Positions 26,101-39,559 of a stretch of 64,000 nt of DNA are shown in pieces. The translations under genes were made by a program, and so were the position numbers. The notes beneath the pieces were generated by a model. The model was given only the letters and a program-made list of their open reading frames with translations. It had not been told where the DNA came from and searched no databases. Position 1 is the stretch's first letter. Each line of letters opens with the position of its first letter. This DNA is from Camelus dromedarius. Lineage: Eukaryota. Where the stretch lies: positions 54,066,001-54,130,000 of the forward strand of contig NC_087436.1 in the NCBI RefSeq assembly GCF_036321535.1. The letters are read 5' to 3'.

Positions 26101-27224
26101 CAGCTCCTTATACCTGGTACGTGCCTGCAAACCAACTGAGTCCTCACGGTGTCAGTATTCTATCACTAGGATTCTTTGGAACAAAGTTTTATCAGTTTAC
26201 TTATTATCCTGTATTTCCCAGTTTCTCAGGCCCCATTTATCTTCAGGCTCTCATACTCCATTTAGTCCCTTTAAATAGTACATTGATCTTGTTTAATATC
26301 ATAGCTGTGACCTTTTACTCCTCCAGGACACGACTCAAGGGAGTGCTACAATGCTTTAGCTCCTGGCACTTAGATTCAAGAGTAATTGATATTCTGCTTC
26401 CAAGCTTTGCCTGGATTTTAGGATACGTCTGACGGGGGAAGGGGAGGAAGATCAGACAAGAGACAGATACCATAATTTCAGTAAGAGGAAAGTCTGCATA
26501 AATATATGGGAATTTCTAAAGGCTATATAAGGTAGATAAGCAGAAGTGTTTGCGAGACATCTACTTATACTTCCAAACAGTCTTGAGCAGGATTCTTCAC
26601 CAGAACATACTTAAAGCTATGACTAATCAACTATAAAGATGAAGAAAGAAGTAAAGACCCTATGTTATAATGCTTTGTAATAATAGAGACCTAAATTAAA
26701 GATTGACATAAAAGACCTACATAAATGGAACTTTACCTAGAGAAATATATAAAGAAGTATTTCATTAAGATTGGTACAAAGCAAATAGTCTCACTTAGTA
26801 ACCTAATAAATACAAGGAAGAGAGAATATATACTGAAATTTTAAACTTTTAGGCAACACCAACTTTTCTGTGTAATAAAATGCCAACCAGAGAAAAACAA
26901 TATATACACAAGTAGTTGTAAATGTGACAGATGAGTTTAACACAGGCATATATTAAGGAATATATTAAGAACTTTAAAAATCTAATAAAAATTATACTGC
27001 CCAAACTATAACTTATGAACCCACAAAGGAAATATTTTCCCAGGATACTGCTACAGAAAGCAAAAAGGAACTTGAGGGTCAAGATACAACAAAAGAGAAT
27101 TTAGATAAAAATTAAAGATATAAAACAGAAAACATGATAATCTCCTTACTTAAAGCTATGATGTAGCCATTAATTTAAAAGGAATAAAATTCAAGCAACA
27201 GGATAAAGCAACATTAAGTCAGTT

Positions 27225-28476
27225 ATCAACATATTTGTCTCTCAGCTCCAAATTCACTCTTATTGTCTAATCTGTGAAAATGAATCTGGGCCCTTTAAAT
27301 ATTTTTCCTTTGCCAGATGGCATGATCCAAGCTTTGTCTGTAGAGGACAATGGATAGCACTGAAGAGAAAGGTGCTCTCCTTCCTGCTCAGCCTGCAGAG
27401 TCTTCTCCAGTATCAAATGCATAGACTTCACCATACATTTTCTCCAGCTCTCAATTCAGGCAGCAGCACTGTATACAACAGCTCCACACAACTGAAGTCT
27501 GCATCCCCGCCCAGGTTAGTGCTTCCCACACCATATCCTCAGCCCTGAAGTGTGCATGCCAGAAGCCCTGTGGGGCTGGCCATCTAGAGCCACTTTATCC
27601 CAAATTGTACACAGAAGTGTGCTGGGTTCGTGCAGAAGAGGGCCTCTCCAGCTCCAGGTTCTAGCAGCACCGGCAGGGGTGCTTCTGCATGCCCAATTGT
27701 CTGCGTGTCACCCATCAATCTCAGCTTGCTTGTTCTCCAAAGAGCTGTTCCTGCAGGCCTAGTGACTGTGAACCGGGTCAGTCCCCAGCAACCCAGCGAA
27801 CTTCTACGCCATCAGGAGAACTGAAGTGATACTTATTTAATGAGAACCCACACTTCCAAGGAAGTCTATCCTTCCTTGGATACTCCTGTACCAAACACTT
27901 TAGAGTCTGCTGTCTACCTTTAAAGTTACTCTCCAATTATTGCTTAATAATTTTTATATTCAATGCCCCCTGTGTGTTGAAAGATAATTCTCCCTGGATT
28001 TCTTGGTGTTTCTGCACTGCTGGGGCCCTCTGAGCAAAGGAAATTGATAACCTATAATAAAGGTAAGTCTCCCACCCTGGAGACATTCTGGGATTGTAAA
28101 AAAAAAAAAAAAAAAAAAAAATTCTCTTCTTTCAAGAGATTTGCTTTTAGTTTACTTTTAGGGTAGCAAACCTAGAGATGCCATCCCCTTCCCTAGGGAG
28201 GATTTGTTTAATTCAAGAGCAAAGATAAGAGGGATATGCATGTGTTCCTTGGATGGCACATGTGCCAGCAACCCAATATAAGCTCTCAGTGTCTTAATTT
28301 TAGGATACCTCTCTTAAAAGTCCTATCTGCTACATGTACAGGGTAACCAGTATTCAGATGTTCTATGAGTAATAAACTCTGTTCTATGATCTACAGACCT
28401 CATACTTCTTGTCAGAATATATATATATAAATTTAACATTATGTGGTTTGTATCCTGATTGGTCCTAGACTGATAC
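27225..28476 (+). mobile_element. Old ERVL-type LTR (MER73/74/88-like) with a nested second LTR (~27976-28420, MER89-like)
   Basis: Outer ends ctcagctccaaattcac... / ...cctgattggtcctagactgataca. The inner element starts tgttgaaagataattctccctgg and has tataa and aataaa signals. Confidence 0.6.
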
Positions 28477-29639
28477 AGATATCAGATGTCAGCTTAGAAA
28501 AATGAGGGGTTAAGCAAGAAAAGACTAAGAATATTAGCCCTTTCAGTGAACAATATCATAATCTATCAGATCATGAATTCTATGTATCAGGTGAATAAAG
28601 ATTAAGAAGATAATCTCAAACTTCTATTCATCCAACAATATGAACTAAGTGCCTAACAAGCACCAACCACCACACTAAGTGCTAAAGATACAAAGATGAA
28701 TACAACACAGTTTGCAAAGCAGAAAAAAACTTTCTTTTCTTTGTTTTAATTTTATTTTGGTGGCCATCACCTTCACATGTCCCAATTCACTCCCAGGAGC
28801 AATCAATGTTAACATTTTCTTATGTCTCCTTCCAGAGCATTCTGTGTGTATGTATGCAATTATTTGTACTTAAAAACACATACACACACAAACTTTAAGG
28901 CATAATCAATTCAACTGTTACTACAGTAGTAATTACCTTTCCCATGGTAATAATCTTAATAAAGTGTCCATTATTATTAGAATCACTGTATTATAACCGC
29001 TATATATCTGAAATCCCTTGATAATCACATGACAAAGTATTATTACATGACACAGTGGTAATAAACTTAAAAAACCCACTGGTTTCCAAAAGTGATAGGA
29101 AAGATTCAGATTCAAATAATTTTGCCAAATATACTAATATGAGCTTATTATTATAAGATTAACATTAAAATTAACATCAGAGATAAAAACTAAATTTTCA
29201 TTTGGAGAGATGAGTGTTGATATTCCTCTGTTCCTATGAGGTTTTATTAGGCTGTTAGGTTTTGAAAACTAATACATAATTTTTAGTGGTAACTATCCTT
29301 ATTAACTTAAGAGTAGTCACTGATTTTTTTTTTTTATCAGCCAAACAGGTAAAGTTTGTGGGAAAGCTACAGTGAAACCTATAATACTGTTAAAACATGC
29401 ATATTTCTTTTCTGGTAGCCAAGACAGTCAACAAATACTTCTTCAAGGGAATTAATGTCACAAAAAGAACAATTAAATAAACCATAGGGAAATGTTTACT
29501 AGAAAAAAATTCTCTGTTAGGCTATCTTCATTTCAAATTAAAGAAAAACTCAGTAAACATTTATTCAGCAGGTGGTTCCCACTTTGATGAGTTTTAACAG
29601 CAATCTATTTCTTACTGAGACAATGTATCTTTCAGGCTT

Positions 29640-30195
29640 TACAACTGTTTCAAATATTGTTACATAACAAACCACCCCAAATTTACTGGCATAAAACAAA
29701 GGCCAAAATATTGTGCTCATAGATTCCACGAACCAGGAATTCATAGAGCACACTGAGGATGGCCTGTGTCTGCTCCACAAGGTCTTGGGCCTCAACGCAG
29801 TCTCAAAGGATGGTTCATTCACCCACATGTCTGGTGACTGGTCTGGAAGAACCTGAATGTTAAGATTGCTGACCTGAGACCTGACACCTGAAGCCTCTCC
29901 ACGTGGCCTGGCTTCCTTACAGCATGGCATCTGTAGGCTCTTAGGCTTCTCAGGGCCCCAAGCAGACCAATGTTCCAACAAACAAGGTAGAAGCAACACT
30001 GCTTTCTACTACTGAGCCTAGGAAATCACAGCATCACTTCTGCTGCCTTCTGGTTACAACTGAGTCACAAGCATGCTCAGATTGAACAGGAAGAAAATTC
30101 CTCAACTCTCAATGGAGAGCGGCAAGCTTTAGAAGAATGTATGTGGGGCCAAGAGATATTGTTGTGGCCATCTTTGGAAAGTATAATCTGCTCCA
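29640..30195 (-). mobile_element. MLT1(F-H)-like MaLR LTR
   Basis: cataacaaaccaccccaaa...ctctccacgtggcctgg...catcacttctgc...gtggccatctttgg. Confidence 0.75.
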
Positions 30196-32399
30196 GTAAC
30201 TTAATATTTACTACATAATTTGGTTAAAATAATACAACAAACAGCATTACAATGTTTGGTTTTAACTCTGAATACAAGATAAAGTCTCTCCAAAATGATT
30301 ATATTTTCAACTTTGGAAATAGAAATTTAAATTTATATGATTATTATGTTATATAATATTTACAACTACCTTGTGAAATAGATGTTACTATGATCTGTAT
30401 TTTAACAGATGAGAAAGTTGAATTCAGAAGCTGAATAACTTACGCAGAAAGTTAAGTGCCAAAGTTGGGATACATCCAGATAGCAATCTGCACAGCACTG
30501 CCTTAAGTGAACCTCAGGCAGATCTCATGCATATCAGAGCTGTGCAAAGAAGGGACTACCTGAATCTTGCTTTATATAGATGTAAGCTCTTCAAGAATGA
30601 ACTTATAACTCAACTATGTTAGATAGTTGTACTAGCTAACAACTGTCTATTTATCTTAATATGTGACCAAAAAAAAAGAGAGAAAATCACAATGAAATGT
30701 ACAAGGGAGTAATCTCTGCCATAGTATCTCAAGGGTATTACAATGCGGTTTAGTATAACTAAGTGTTTAATGGAATAAATAAATTCTATGAAAAATTTTC
30801 CAGATCATTATAAGTAATGGGCACTTGTATTTCCAGAGAAGTTGTACTAGGTGCTGAAAGGGTAAATATGATCTATCCTATCATTTAAATTCTTAGGAGG
30901 GGGCATGTTTTCTCTTTTTCTAGAATCTGAATTATGGCCTTATCTGTTTCTATCACCCATTCTTTCATATTATTCTTTACGTACAAGTTAAGCTTTTCAA
31001 AAGCAAAAAAAAAAAAAAAGTGACTATTTGCACTACTTATCTTATTACTTTCTGTAATGTGTAGTCTTGTATTTCTGACTTGACTGATGGTGCTTTGTAC
31101 AAACTATATAAAAGCCAGAAATGTGACACAGTAGACAGTTATTTCTTCTGGGAGCTTAACACCACCTTCCCCAAAAATGTGTTCTTGCAACTAACAGGAA
31201 ATTAAGTTAATCAGCTCATATAAATTTTCTTTGTTCTAATTGATTTTATTTTTGAGGCCAACTATAGCTTTTAATTTTAAAGATAAACCAACATTTATAT
31301 TTCTATGATGCATAAAAATAACAACTCAGTTTTACTTTCTTATAATGATCAATCAATCTCATCTTTCACAATGGAGTTACATGAGTAATCTTCAAAGGGG
31401 AATATTTTTCAGAAGAGTTAAAGGAAATAGTTTTTACAACTTAACAAATTTCTTATTAAAAACAATCTTAGATGATGTGACCCTTTCACAGTTTTGAAAA
31501 CAATTTTCTGTTAAAGTAGAAAGATTGCTGGTTATATTCCTTCCCTGACTGTAAAAATTAAGACCCCTCCCATAAATCTGGGGTACTTACTAGTTATTTG
31601 AAATTGTTTTATTTAATTATTTTTATATAATGTAAAAAATAATTTAAATTTTAAATTGTTTTGCATAATTTAAAATTATATGATTTTTATGTAATTCTTT
31701 TTATATAATTATTTTAATTTTATATAGTTCTTACATGTTAGAAAATACTTTCTAATATATAAGAAAATAATGTTCTCTCAAACAATTTATCTAGCAGCCT
31801 TATTGCACTTTGATGACTTTTTAAAATGCCATGCCATCATTTTCCCTAGAAAGTGTATTTAATGCTCAGGAGCCAAAGAAGAAAGGAAAAATACAACAGT
31901 CTTGGTTTGGGGATAGTAGGTCTTCATTAGGTAACTGAGCTTGAAGGTTTCTATATGATAATTTGTATTAGTTCCCTAAGAAATGGGCATCCCCCCTTCT
32001 ATTTTAATTTGAAATCTATTCTTTGTTCTTATTCAATAATAATGATAATATTTTAAGGATATGTATGAAACGGGGATTTAAAGAGCATACCTAACTTGCC
32101 AAAGGCTACAGTAAACAAATTTTGGAAGAGCAGAAATTCTATCCTCTATCTCTTTGATTTCTGATATCATTCTGGTCAACTGAATATTCAGTTTAACCAT
32201 CACTGATGACCAGATATGTCATAAGTAATTAAGTTTGGTCTTGACTAGTTGTATGATTTAATTTTCACAATAACTTCTTAATTTTAAAATAACTGTATTA
32301 ATTTTCAAACGTAGTAAAAGTTCAATTTTACCACAATCTTGAATACAATTAACTCTTTAGTAATTCAAAAGCTGTAACAGAAATCTCAGACATTGAAAA

Positions 32400-32878
32400 T
32401 TTAAATACTTTCAAGAGTTAAATAGAGTACTGAGTGAAATTTGTAGGATTTAAGATAACAGGAAGAAGTAATGAATCAAAGACCTTATACCCTGCCTAAA
32501 GGACAACTATAATTGATTGTCACCAATAGAAATACAGGTTCAGGATTCTAAATGTTAAATTTTTCAAAAAAAGTTAATGAATGGTAGCTCACAGCGAAAA
32601 AAAAGAATGTGACAATGAATATATGTATGTTCATATAAAACTGAAAAACTGCTCTACACTAGAATTTGACACAACATTGTAAAATGACTATAACTCAATA
32701 AAAAGTTTAAAAATAAAAAAATTTTTTGAAATAGAAAAAAAAAGAGTCAAGCGGATTTTTATCAGCAATTTCCTGATTATTTAAATGTTGACAACTAATT
32801 CCAAATTCTAAAACTTTACTAAAAAAATCCATCTGCAGAGTATATTTGGCCTACGGACTGCTGGTTTTGCAAGCTCTA
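32400..32878. mobile_element. MER102-like hAT element interrupted by a short L1 3'UTR piece (~32580-32725)
   Basis: tttaaatgttgacaactaattcc...gcaagctct resembles MER102. The insert gaatatatgtatgttcat...gactataactcaataaaaa is an L1 3' terminus. Confidence 0.62.
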
Positions 32879-34643
32879 TTATAAACATGCCTGTCATCAC
32901 TAAAGGGTAATAATGTTAAATTAAACGTTGAAGATGGACTTGAATCTGTAGTGACTCTATAATATAAACAAACAAGTATTTACTGAATGCCAATTGAAAT
33001 ATGAAATGTTGAACAACTAAAATTATATTATTGAATGTGTTATAGGAGTCCAAGAAGTAAGAGGTGTCCAGAGAAATAGAGGTCGATATGAGAGGTCAGA
33101 AGTTGTCTTCATGGGCTAGACTCAGGAGAATGTATAAAGAGAGAAAAGTTATTCTAGTAGGAGGAATAACATGAAAAATGGTGTCTTGGTGGTACCACTG
33201 ATGAAGACTATTTAGGGGACAGTGAGATGATCAAAGAAAGATGCATTTCAGAGAGTAGTGAGAAATACAAGAGAGGTAGCAGATTTCTATGGATCCTGAA
33301 AGCTGAGCATAGTTTAGAATTGATGTGATAGGCCATTGAAACAATATTTGATTCTTCAGTAGGAAAGTGGTATGATCGATGCAGTGTCTTAAAAAAGATT
33401 AATCTGCTCATAGTATGTAGAAAGGATTGGAAAGCAGAGTTGAATATTGGAAAGGCCTACCAAGAAATGGTCTCAGGAGCACAGGAAAGAGATGAGGGCC
33501 TGGACTCCAGCAGTAGAAATGGGGGAGTTTTCCACTAACCTACTTACTTGAATGAATCTTTGTTATTAACTTGTTCATGTGTATGTGGGTGTCTCCACAT
33601 GTGCTTTTTCTTTTTTTTTTTTTTTTTTCATTAATAAACTGGAGCTACCTTAGCATAATGAACAGAATACTAGTATAGGAGTTAAGAAATGAAGATTCTA
33701 GATCTGACACTGCCCTTAACTAAATGTGTGAAATGGGATATATCTCTTAACTTCCCTGAGCTTCAGTTCCATAATCTGGACAGAAAGAAAGAGAACCATG
33801 ATGTCACTGTTTGAGGTCCTGGATCTTACAATTCCAAAAACCAACAATCTGAAGTATTCAGATAAAAATGTAACTTCTGGTTTCTTTTGAAAGGTCTGAA
33901 AATTTGGCTTCCTTTGGCCATTATTCGTAACATGGCAAAGCCGGCTGCAGTTGAGTAAGGAAGTCTCCTTTTATGTTGGGCACATAGACCCACCATTTCC
34001 TGTTGTAGCCCTACAGTGAGGCCCAAAGTTAGCTGCCATTCACCATGCTCTCATTGTTGTTTTTACTATGGTAGAGAAACATTTTTCTAAACTTTGTCTT
34101 TTATCACAGGTAATGAAAGACAAAAAGAAAGATTTTCTTTTCAAGAAGAATGAGCGAAAGTATACATTTTTATAGAAATAAAATATTCCTTTGATTTAAT
34201 CTGCAAAACAAGTGCATCTATGTGAAAAGATCACCATTTAACCCTTTTTAATCATATAGTTTCATTTACATTTAGAAACCCTGGTTTACACATTGGAAAG
34301 ATACTGAAAAAATATCTAAGGAGTGAATTGGGTAGATTCACATTTTAGAAAGAGTACTCCAGAAGCATGGGAGAACATAACAGGTGGACTGCTGAAAGAG
34401 CCTCTGTTACAGAGCGGTCTCAAGAGGTGAACCGACATGTTTACAGTGGAGAAAGGCAGACAGGACTGATTCCAGGAGGTAGAATTGTTTGAAATTACGG
34501 AACCCAATGGGTTTTGGAAGTAGAATAACTCTAGATTTTAGGAATGCTGACTAGATGGATGGTGATACCATGCAGTGAGCTACGGAATTCACAGGGAGAA
34601 AAAGTCTTAAGAAAAGGTGATGTAGTAAAGCATTACTCTATAG

Positions 34644-36942
34644 CAGGAGTCAGAGAATAGAGCCCATTACTTGTTTTTATACAGTCCACAAGTAAAATGG
34701 TTCTACATCTGTAAATGGTTGAATAAAATCAGAAGAATATATTTCATGATATTCAATTATATGAGATTCAAATTTCAGTGTTTATAAATGAAGTTTTATT
34801 GGGACACAATTTCTTTATTGTCTATATCTATATTCACTTTACTACAACAGAGTTGAGTAGTTGAGACAACAACCATAAGTGCTACTCTCATCACTTCACA
34901 CTGCTGCATGATGCACTACAAATTGCAGTGACACAGTTATGACTGTCCAGTGTTTCAAGTACCATGTGTATTGTCATACCACAACATTTTTTGACCATTA
35001 CATTGAAACAAAAAAGAGAAAAGTACACCTCAAATGTCATGCTTTTAAGGTTTAAAGTGGCATATGTATTATTTCGTTACTGAATTAGATGGCAAACCAT
35101 TATATTGTGCAGGGACACTTTAGCTATACTAGAAAAATAACACACACCTATATTACCAGACTAAGTATTCATCATATTCACAATTCATAGGATAGTAATT
35201 GTCAGAGGAATCAGAAAATAAAAAACAAAGTACATCATCATAGTAGAATTTCTTCACAAAAATAAAAAGTGAAAATGAAGTTGCAAACAAAGTAAGTCTC
35301 TGAGTGGCTCACTTGTTAGTCAAGCAAGGAAAGCTGTTTACTCCTGGTGAGCTAATTAAACTGTATTTTGACTACAGCAACCAAGAAATATTTCAAGAGG
35401 GGGAAAAACTTGTTTTAAGAAGAGCCTTTCAGTGAGACTAGCTACGTGAACAGTCAAAGGCACTACAAGCAATATAAATATCCAATTAAAAAGATAAGGC
35501 AAATAATTTTGAAAGGTTTTCCTTGGTTCTTGACAAATTGACAGATATTTGTGATATTGCATAGTGCTATTATTTTCAAGAAGTCATTGCCAAGCATGAA
35601 GTGACTGAAGAATTAGCCTTGATGAAGACTGTATAGAATATGCAAAAATATTATTAAACTTGAGAAAATATTAATTCAGTACAACCTGAAGTGGAATCTA
35701 CTAAGATGTATTACAACTGATGGTGGTAGAGATATGTGAGGAATAGAAAAGGGCTTAATTGAATAAAGTTACAAAGTTTGTGAAAATAAATTGTTTAAAG
35801 TCTATGTTTCTCATATTACTCATCAGCAGGTATTCTGGGGGGGAAATATTTCAAACTATGATGTGGTATTAAACCAACAGTATCAACTTCATTCACTCTC
35901 ACAGATTTAATCACTGTCAGTTTTTGTATCTTCATAAGAAATAGAAGCTGAATATCCTAACTTGCCTTATCACACAACAGTTTAAGGGCTTAGTAGTTTT
36001 ATTGTAACTTTTTTGAGCTCAGGGGTGAGATAGAAATTTCTGAACAAAAAGAAATGCCTTCAACCATTATTATCAAACAATGAATGCCTTTGGAAATTGT
36101 ATTTTGCCACAGATTTGATAATGTTTCCTTGAATTTGACCTGAAAATCAAGGCCAAATGGTGCTTATATGTGAAACATACTATGTTAAGTCATTTTGACA
36201 ACAGTGTTCAAATCACAAGTAACCATCAATCTGCTTTATACACTTCTTGTCGTATCAAAGGTTAAAAGAAGCAGCTCTCTATGCATATACAAATTTGCAA
36301 CAGACATATTGTGCAAACTCAAACTATAGTTCCAGCAGTATTTTTCAGACCTCATTGCAAGTGCAAAAGAAACTTCCATATATCAGATCCATTTAACTAT
36401 GCAATTGAGGAGCTTCCACCTAACTTTCAACTGGAAGTGGTTAATCTGCAGTGTAAACAGCAAGCTAAATGGCAAATATCAAGAGAAGAATCTAAAATAA
36501 TTCTATAAATGCCTTCCATATAATTAATATGTTCATTAAAATCATATGCCCATGGTTTGAGAACAGCATTTGGTAGTACCTATCTGTGTGAACACATGTT
36601 TCAAAGACAAAATCAATTAAATGACTTTACAGATCTGCATTAACAGGTGAACAACTGCAATCAATTCTGATGATAGGTTAATGCTGAATCCCAATTAAGT
36701 GAAACCACTATCTCAAAAGAGGAATTACAATCTGTTCATTAGGAGACCTGTATCACAACAAATCATGTTCAATTAATGCTGTATTTTGAATTTAGTCAAT
36801 AAAAATTTTGTGGATATTTGTATTCTCTCATCATATACATTTTCACTCTTATCTATGTCATATCTTTGATTTTGCCTCTTGGCCTACAAAGCCAAAAATA
36901 CTCACCATCTGGCCCTTTAAGTAAAGAGTTTGCAGACCTCTG
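34644..36942 (+). mobile_element. Near full-length Cheshire-like (MER58 family) hAT transposon with decayed transposase
   Basis: MER58-type ends (caggagtcag... / ...tttgcagacctctg) and 8-bp TSD ctctatag/ctctacac. Transposase remnants EELPPNFQLEVVNLQC and FGSTYLCE (~36568). Confidence 0.85.
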
Positions 36943-36950
36943 CTCTACAC

Positions 36951-37138
36951 TCATGCTATTCAAAGTGCAGCAGCAACTGGAAATGTCTTGGCAAGGCAAA
37001 TTCTTGGCAAGGCAAATTCTTGGCCCACCCCACAACTACTCAATCAGAATTTCTGAGGGTGGGCCTGGTAATTTTTTTTTTTTAAACAAGTTCTATTTAC
37101 AAGTGATTCTTATACAAAATATAGTGTAAGAATCAATG
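36951..37138. mobile_element. MER5A-like hAT MITE
   Basis: gcaaattcttggcccaccccacaactactcaatcagaa...gtgattct...gaatcaatg resembles MER5A. Flanked by ctctacac / ctctaaaa. Confidence 0.78.
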
Positions 37139-37347
37139 CTCTAAAACAGGAGATTTTTAGCTGTGTCTCCTTGGATAAATTATTTAATTCTATGAGTCAG
37201 TAAAATGAGGAGAGTGTCACCCACTTCACAGAACTGTTAAAAAGATTAACACTAAAATTTTAAAAACATGAAAAAAGTAAAGTTTAACATAATAACCGAT
37301 ATCAATAATTCTTAATAAATTGTAATAAATGGCAATTATTAATTCAT

Positions 37348-37695
37348 AGGTGTACTGGAGCCCCTTTGCACTGGCCCATGAGATATGATAATTAAATTTT
37401 TAGGAATTTTGTGAGGCAGGTATTAAAACAGCCATTATTGAAAATTAAATTTCATACATTTTAAGTAAGTTATATTGAAACAAAGCTATTAATATTCAAA
37501 ACTCATCACTACTTAATTACTAAATGATATTATTACCTGTATTTATGAGGTTATTATGTCTATATGGTGGGTATACTATATAATGGTGTGCTGCATCTCA
37601 TTTCTTCACAACCATGCATTCACAGGAAATCAACCACCACAAATCAGAACTTTTTGGAGAAGAGCTTCTGGCCAAACATTAATCAGCACACCTCT
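37348..37695. mobile_element. MER63-like hAT element
   Basis: Inverted ends ggtgtactgg / cagcacacc, with an internal AT-rich body resembling MER63. Confidence 0.6.
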
Positions 37696-39559
37696 CATTA
37701 TCATTATTAAAAATTATACAATGAATTCAGTTTTGAACTCAGTGAGTTTGAATTAACTATGCAGGTAGGGATATCTAAAAATCTACTAGATAAAAAGATA
37801 GAGCCCAGGTATATGCTTTTAGGCACCAATACCCTAAATAGCATTTAGATAGTATTTGAAGCCATAAAAATGGACAAAACTGAGCAAAACAGGCTTTAGA
37901 GAAAGGGTCAGATACAGAACCCATATTAAAAAAAATTCATTTTATGAACAAAAAGTCAGAAGAACTTTGGAGTTTATAAGTACAGCCAACTATGGTTAGC
38001 AGCTCTATTTAACTACTTCCATTTATCACTATCCTAATTCTCAGTTTTAACTCCTGGAATGCTTCTAGCAACAAAAGTTGTATAAATAGATGTACTGAGA
38101 GAATTACATTACTCTGCAATTTGAATCCAGCATCCATATCTTAGCCAGCATGGGTGATGGTATTTTGGGACATCTATTTAGACAAAGCTAACAAGTTGGT
38201 TCATATTCTGAAGTTTCTACCTCAAGCAGACAATACCCTTTGAACAATAAAGAAAAACAAGTTATATAGGGATGATTATAACATACTTAAGACATCAATG
38301 ATACCGAATATAATTCAAAGTTTAGTTTCAAAGAATCAGAATTCTAGAACCAAAACAGACTTTATAACCTATTCCTTTATCTTAATTTTTATTGCTCTTC
38401 TCTCCATAAGAGCTATTTGCCAAGTTAAATGTCTAGGAAAGCATTTTAAATTGAATTTTTTCCTTATCAGTCATCCAAACATTTGGTTATCTAAAATTAA
38501 CATGAAGTTTCCAAAGGACTGGATCTTCCTTGTTCATTCCTCCTTGATGTTCATGAATGAATATTAAAAATTTACATAATTCTTCATGGCTATTGCTGGT
38601 AACATCAATATCTCCCAAATCACCAATTTCAAATTCAGATGATCTAGAATCTCTGGAGAGAGCAACCACACTATTTCCCCAAAGGCACCTAGAAGCTCCA
38701 ACATTCCACTGTGAAAGTTAAGACTCTATGGTTCTCAAAATGAATTAAGGCTATTATACCTTTCCAGATAGTAGTACTAGAGACTTCAGAATATGACTCT
38801 ACCAAGGATAGTGAATCCAGCCCTTCTCTCATATGAAAAACAAAAAGGGCATTATACAAAATAGATATAAAGCCAACATAAGAAAAATGATTGAACTAGT
38901 CAATTTATCATCTATGCTCTTTTAAAATAATAACTTTTAGTGATAACCAGCTTACAAAAGTATTTTGTTGCTCTACCCTGAATTGTAAAGAACAAATAAA
39001 AGTACCATTTTTTACTATTTATCTATGAAACCAACCCTGGTCTTAGAAATACAAGCCAAAAAGGAAAAGATTTATCTATAAGGCTAATACATATTTACAG
39101 AGAAAAACAAAAACTTCAGAAATTAAGCATATAATTAGAGGCATACATATAACTAGAGAAATTTCAAATTCACAAAGACTAATAGTAAATAAAGTGATAA
39201 TAACCATTCATCAGTAGAATATCCTCTATGCAAAATGTCATGTGAAATTATAAAACCATTTCTAAACTCACTGTGCATGACAGATACTGCAAAAATAAAA
39301 AGTGTACTATATAAAGTCACAAAGACATGAAGAGTGGAATGTCAAAGAAATGTGAGGCACTATGGTGAAATTACAAATTATTCTCAGGCAAAAAAAAAAA
39401 AAAGCCCAATACATGTCATTCCATGTAAAGTGCAACATGTAAAAACTGTTTAAAGAAAACTATGCTTACTTACAGATCTTTAAATCTGTAAGAGATATCG
39501 TACTACTACACATAGCGAACTGTTTCCACTTACTCATTATCCACTTAGTCTTTACCACT

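Noticed and set aside
29565..29999. 144-aa ORF
   Set aside because: Chance ORF within an MLT1 LTR.
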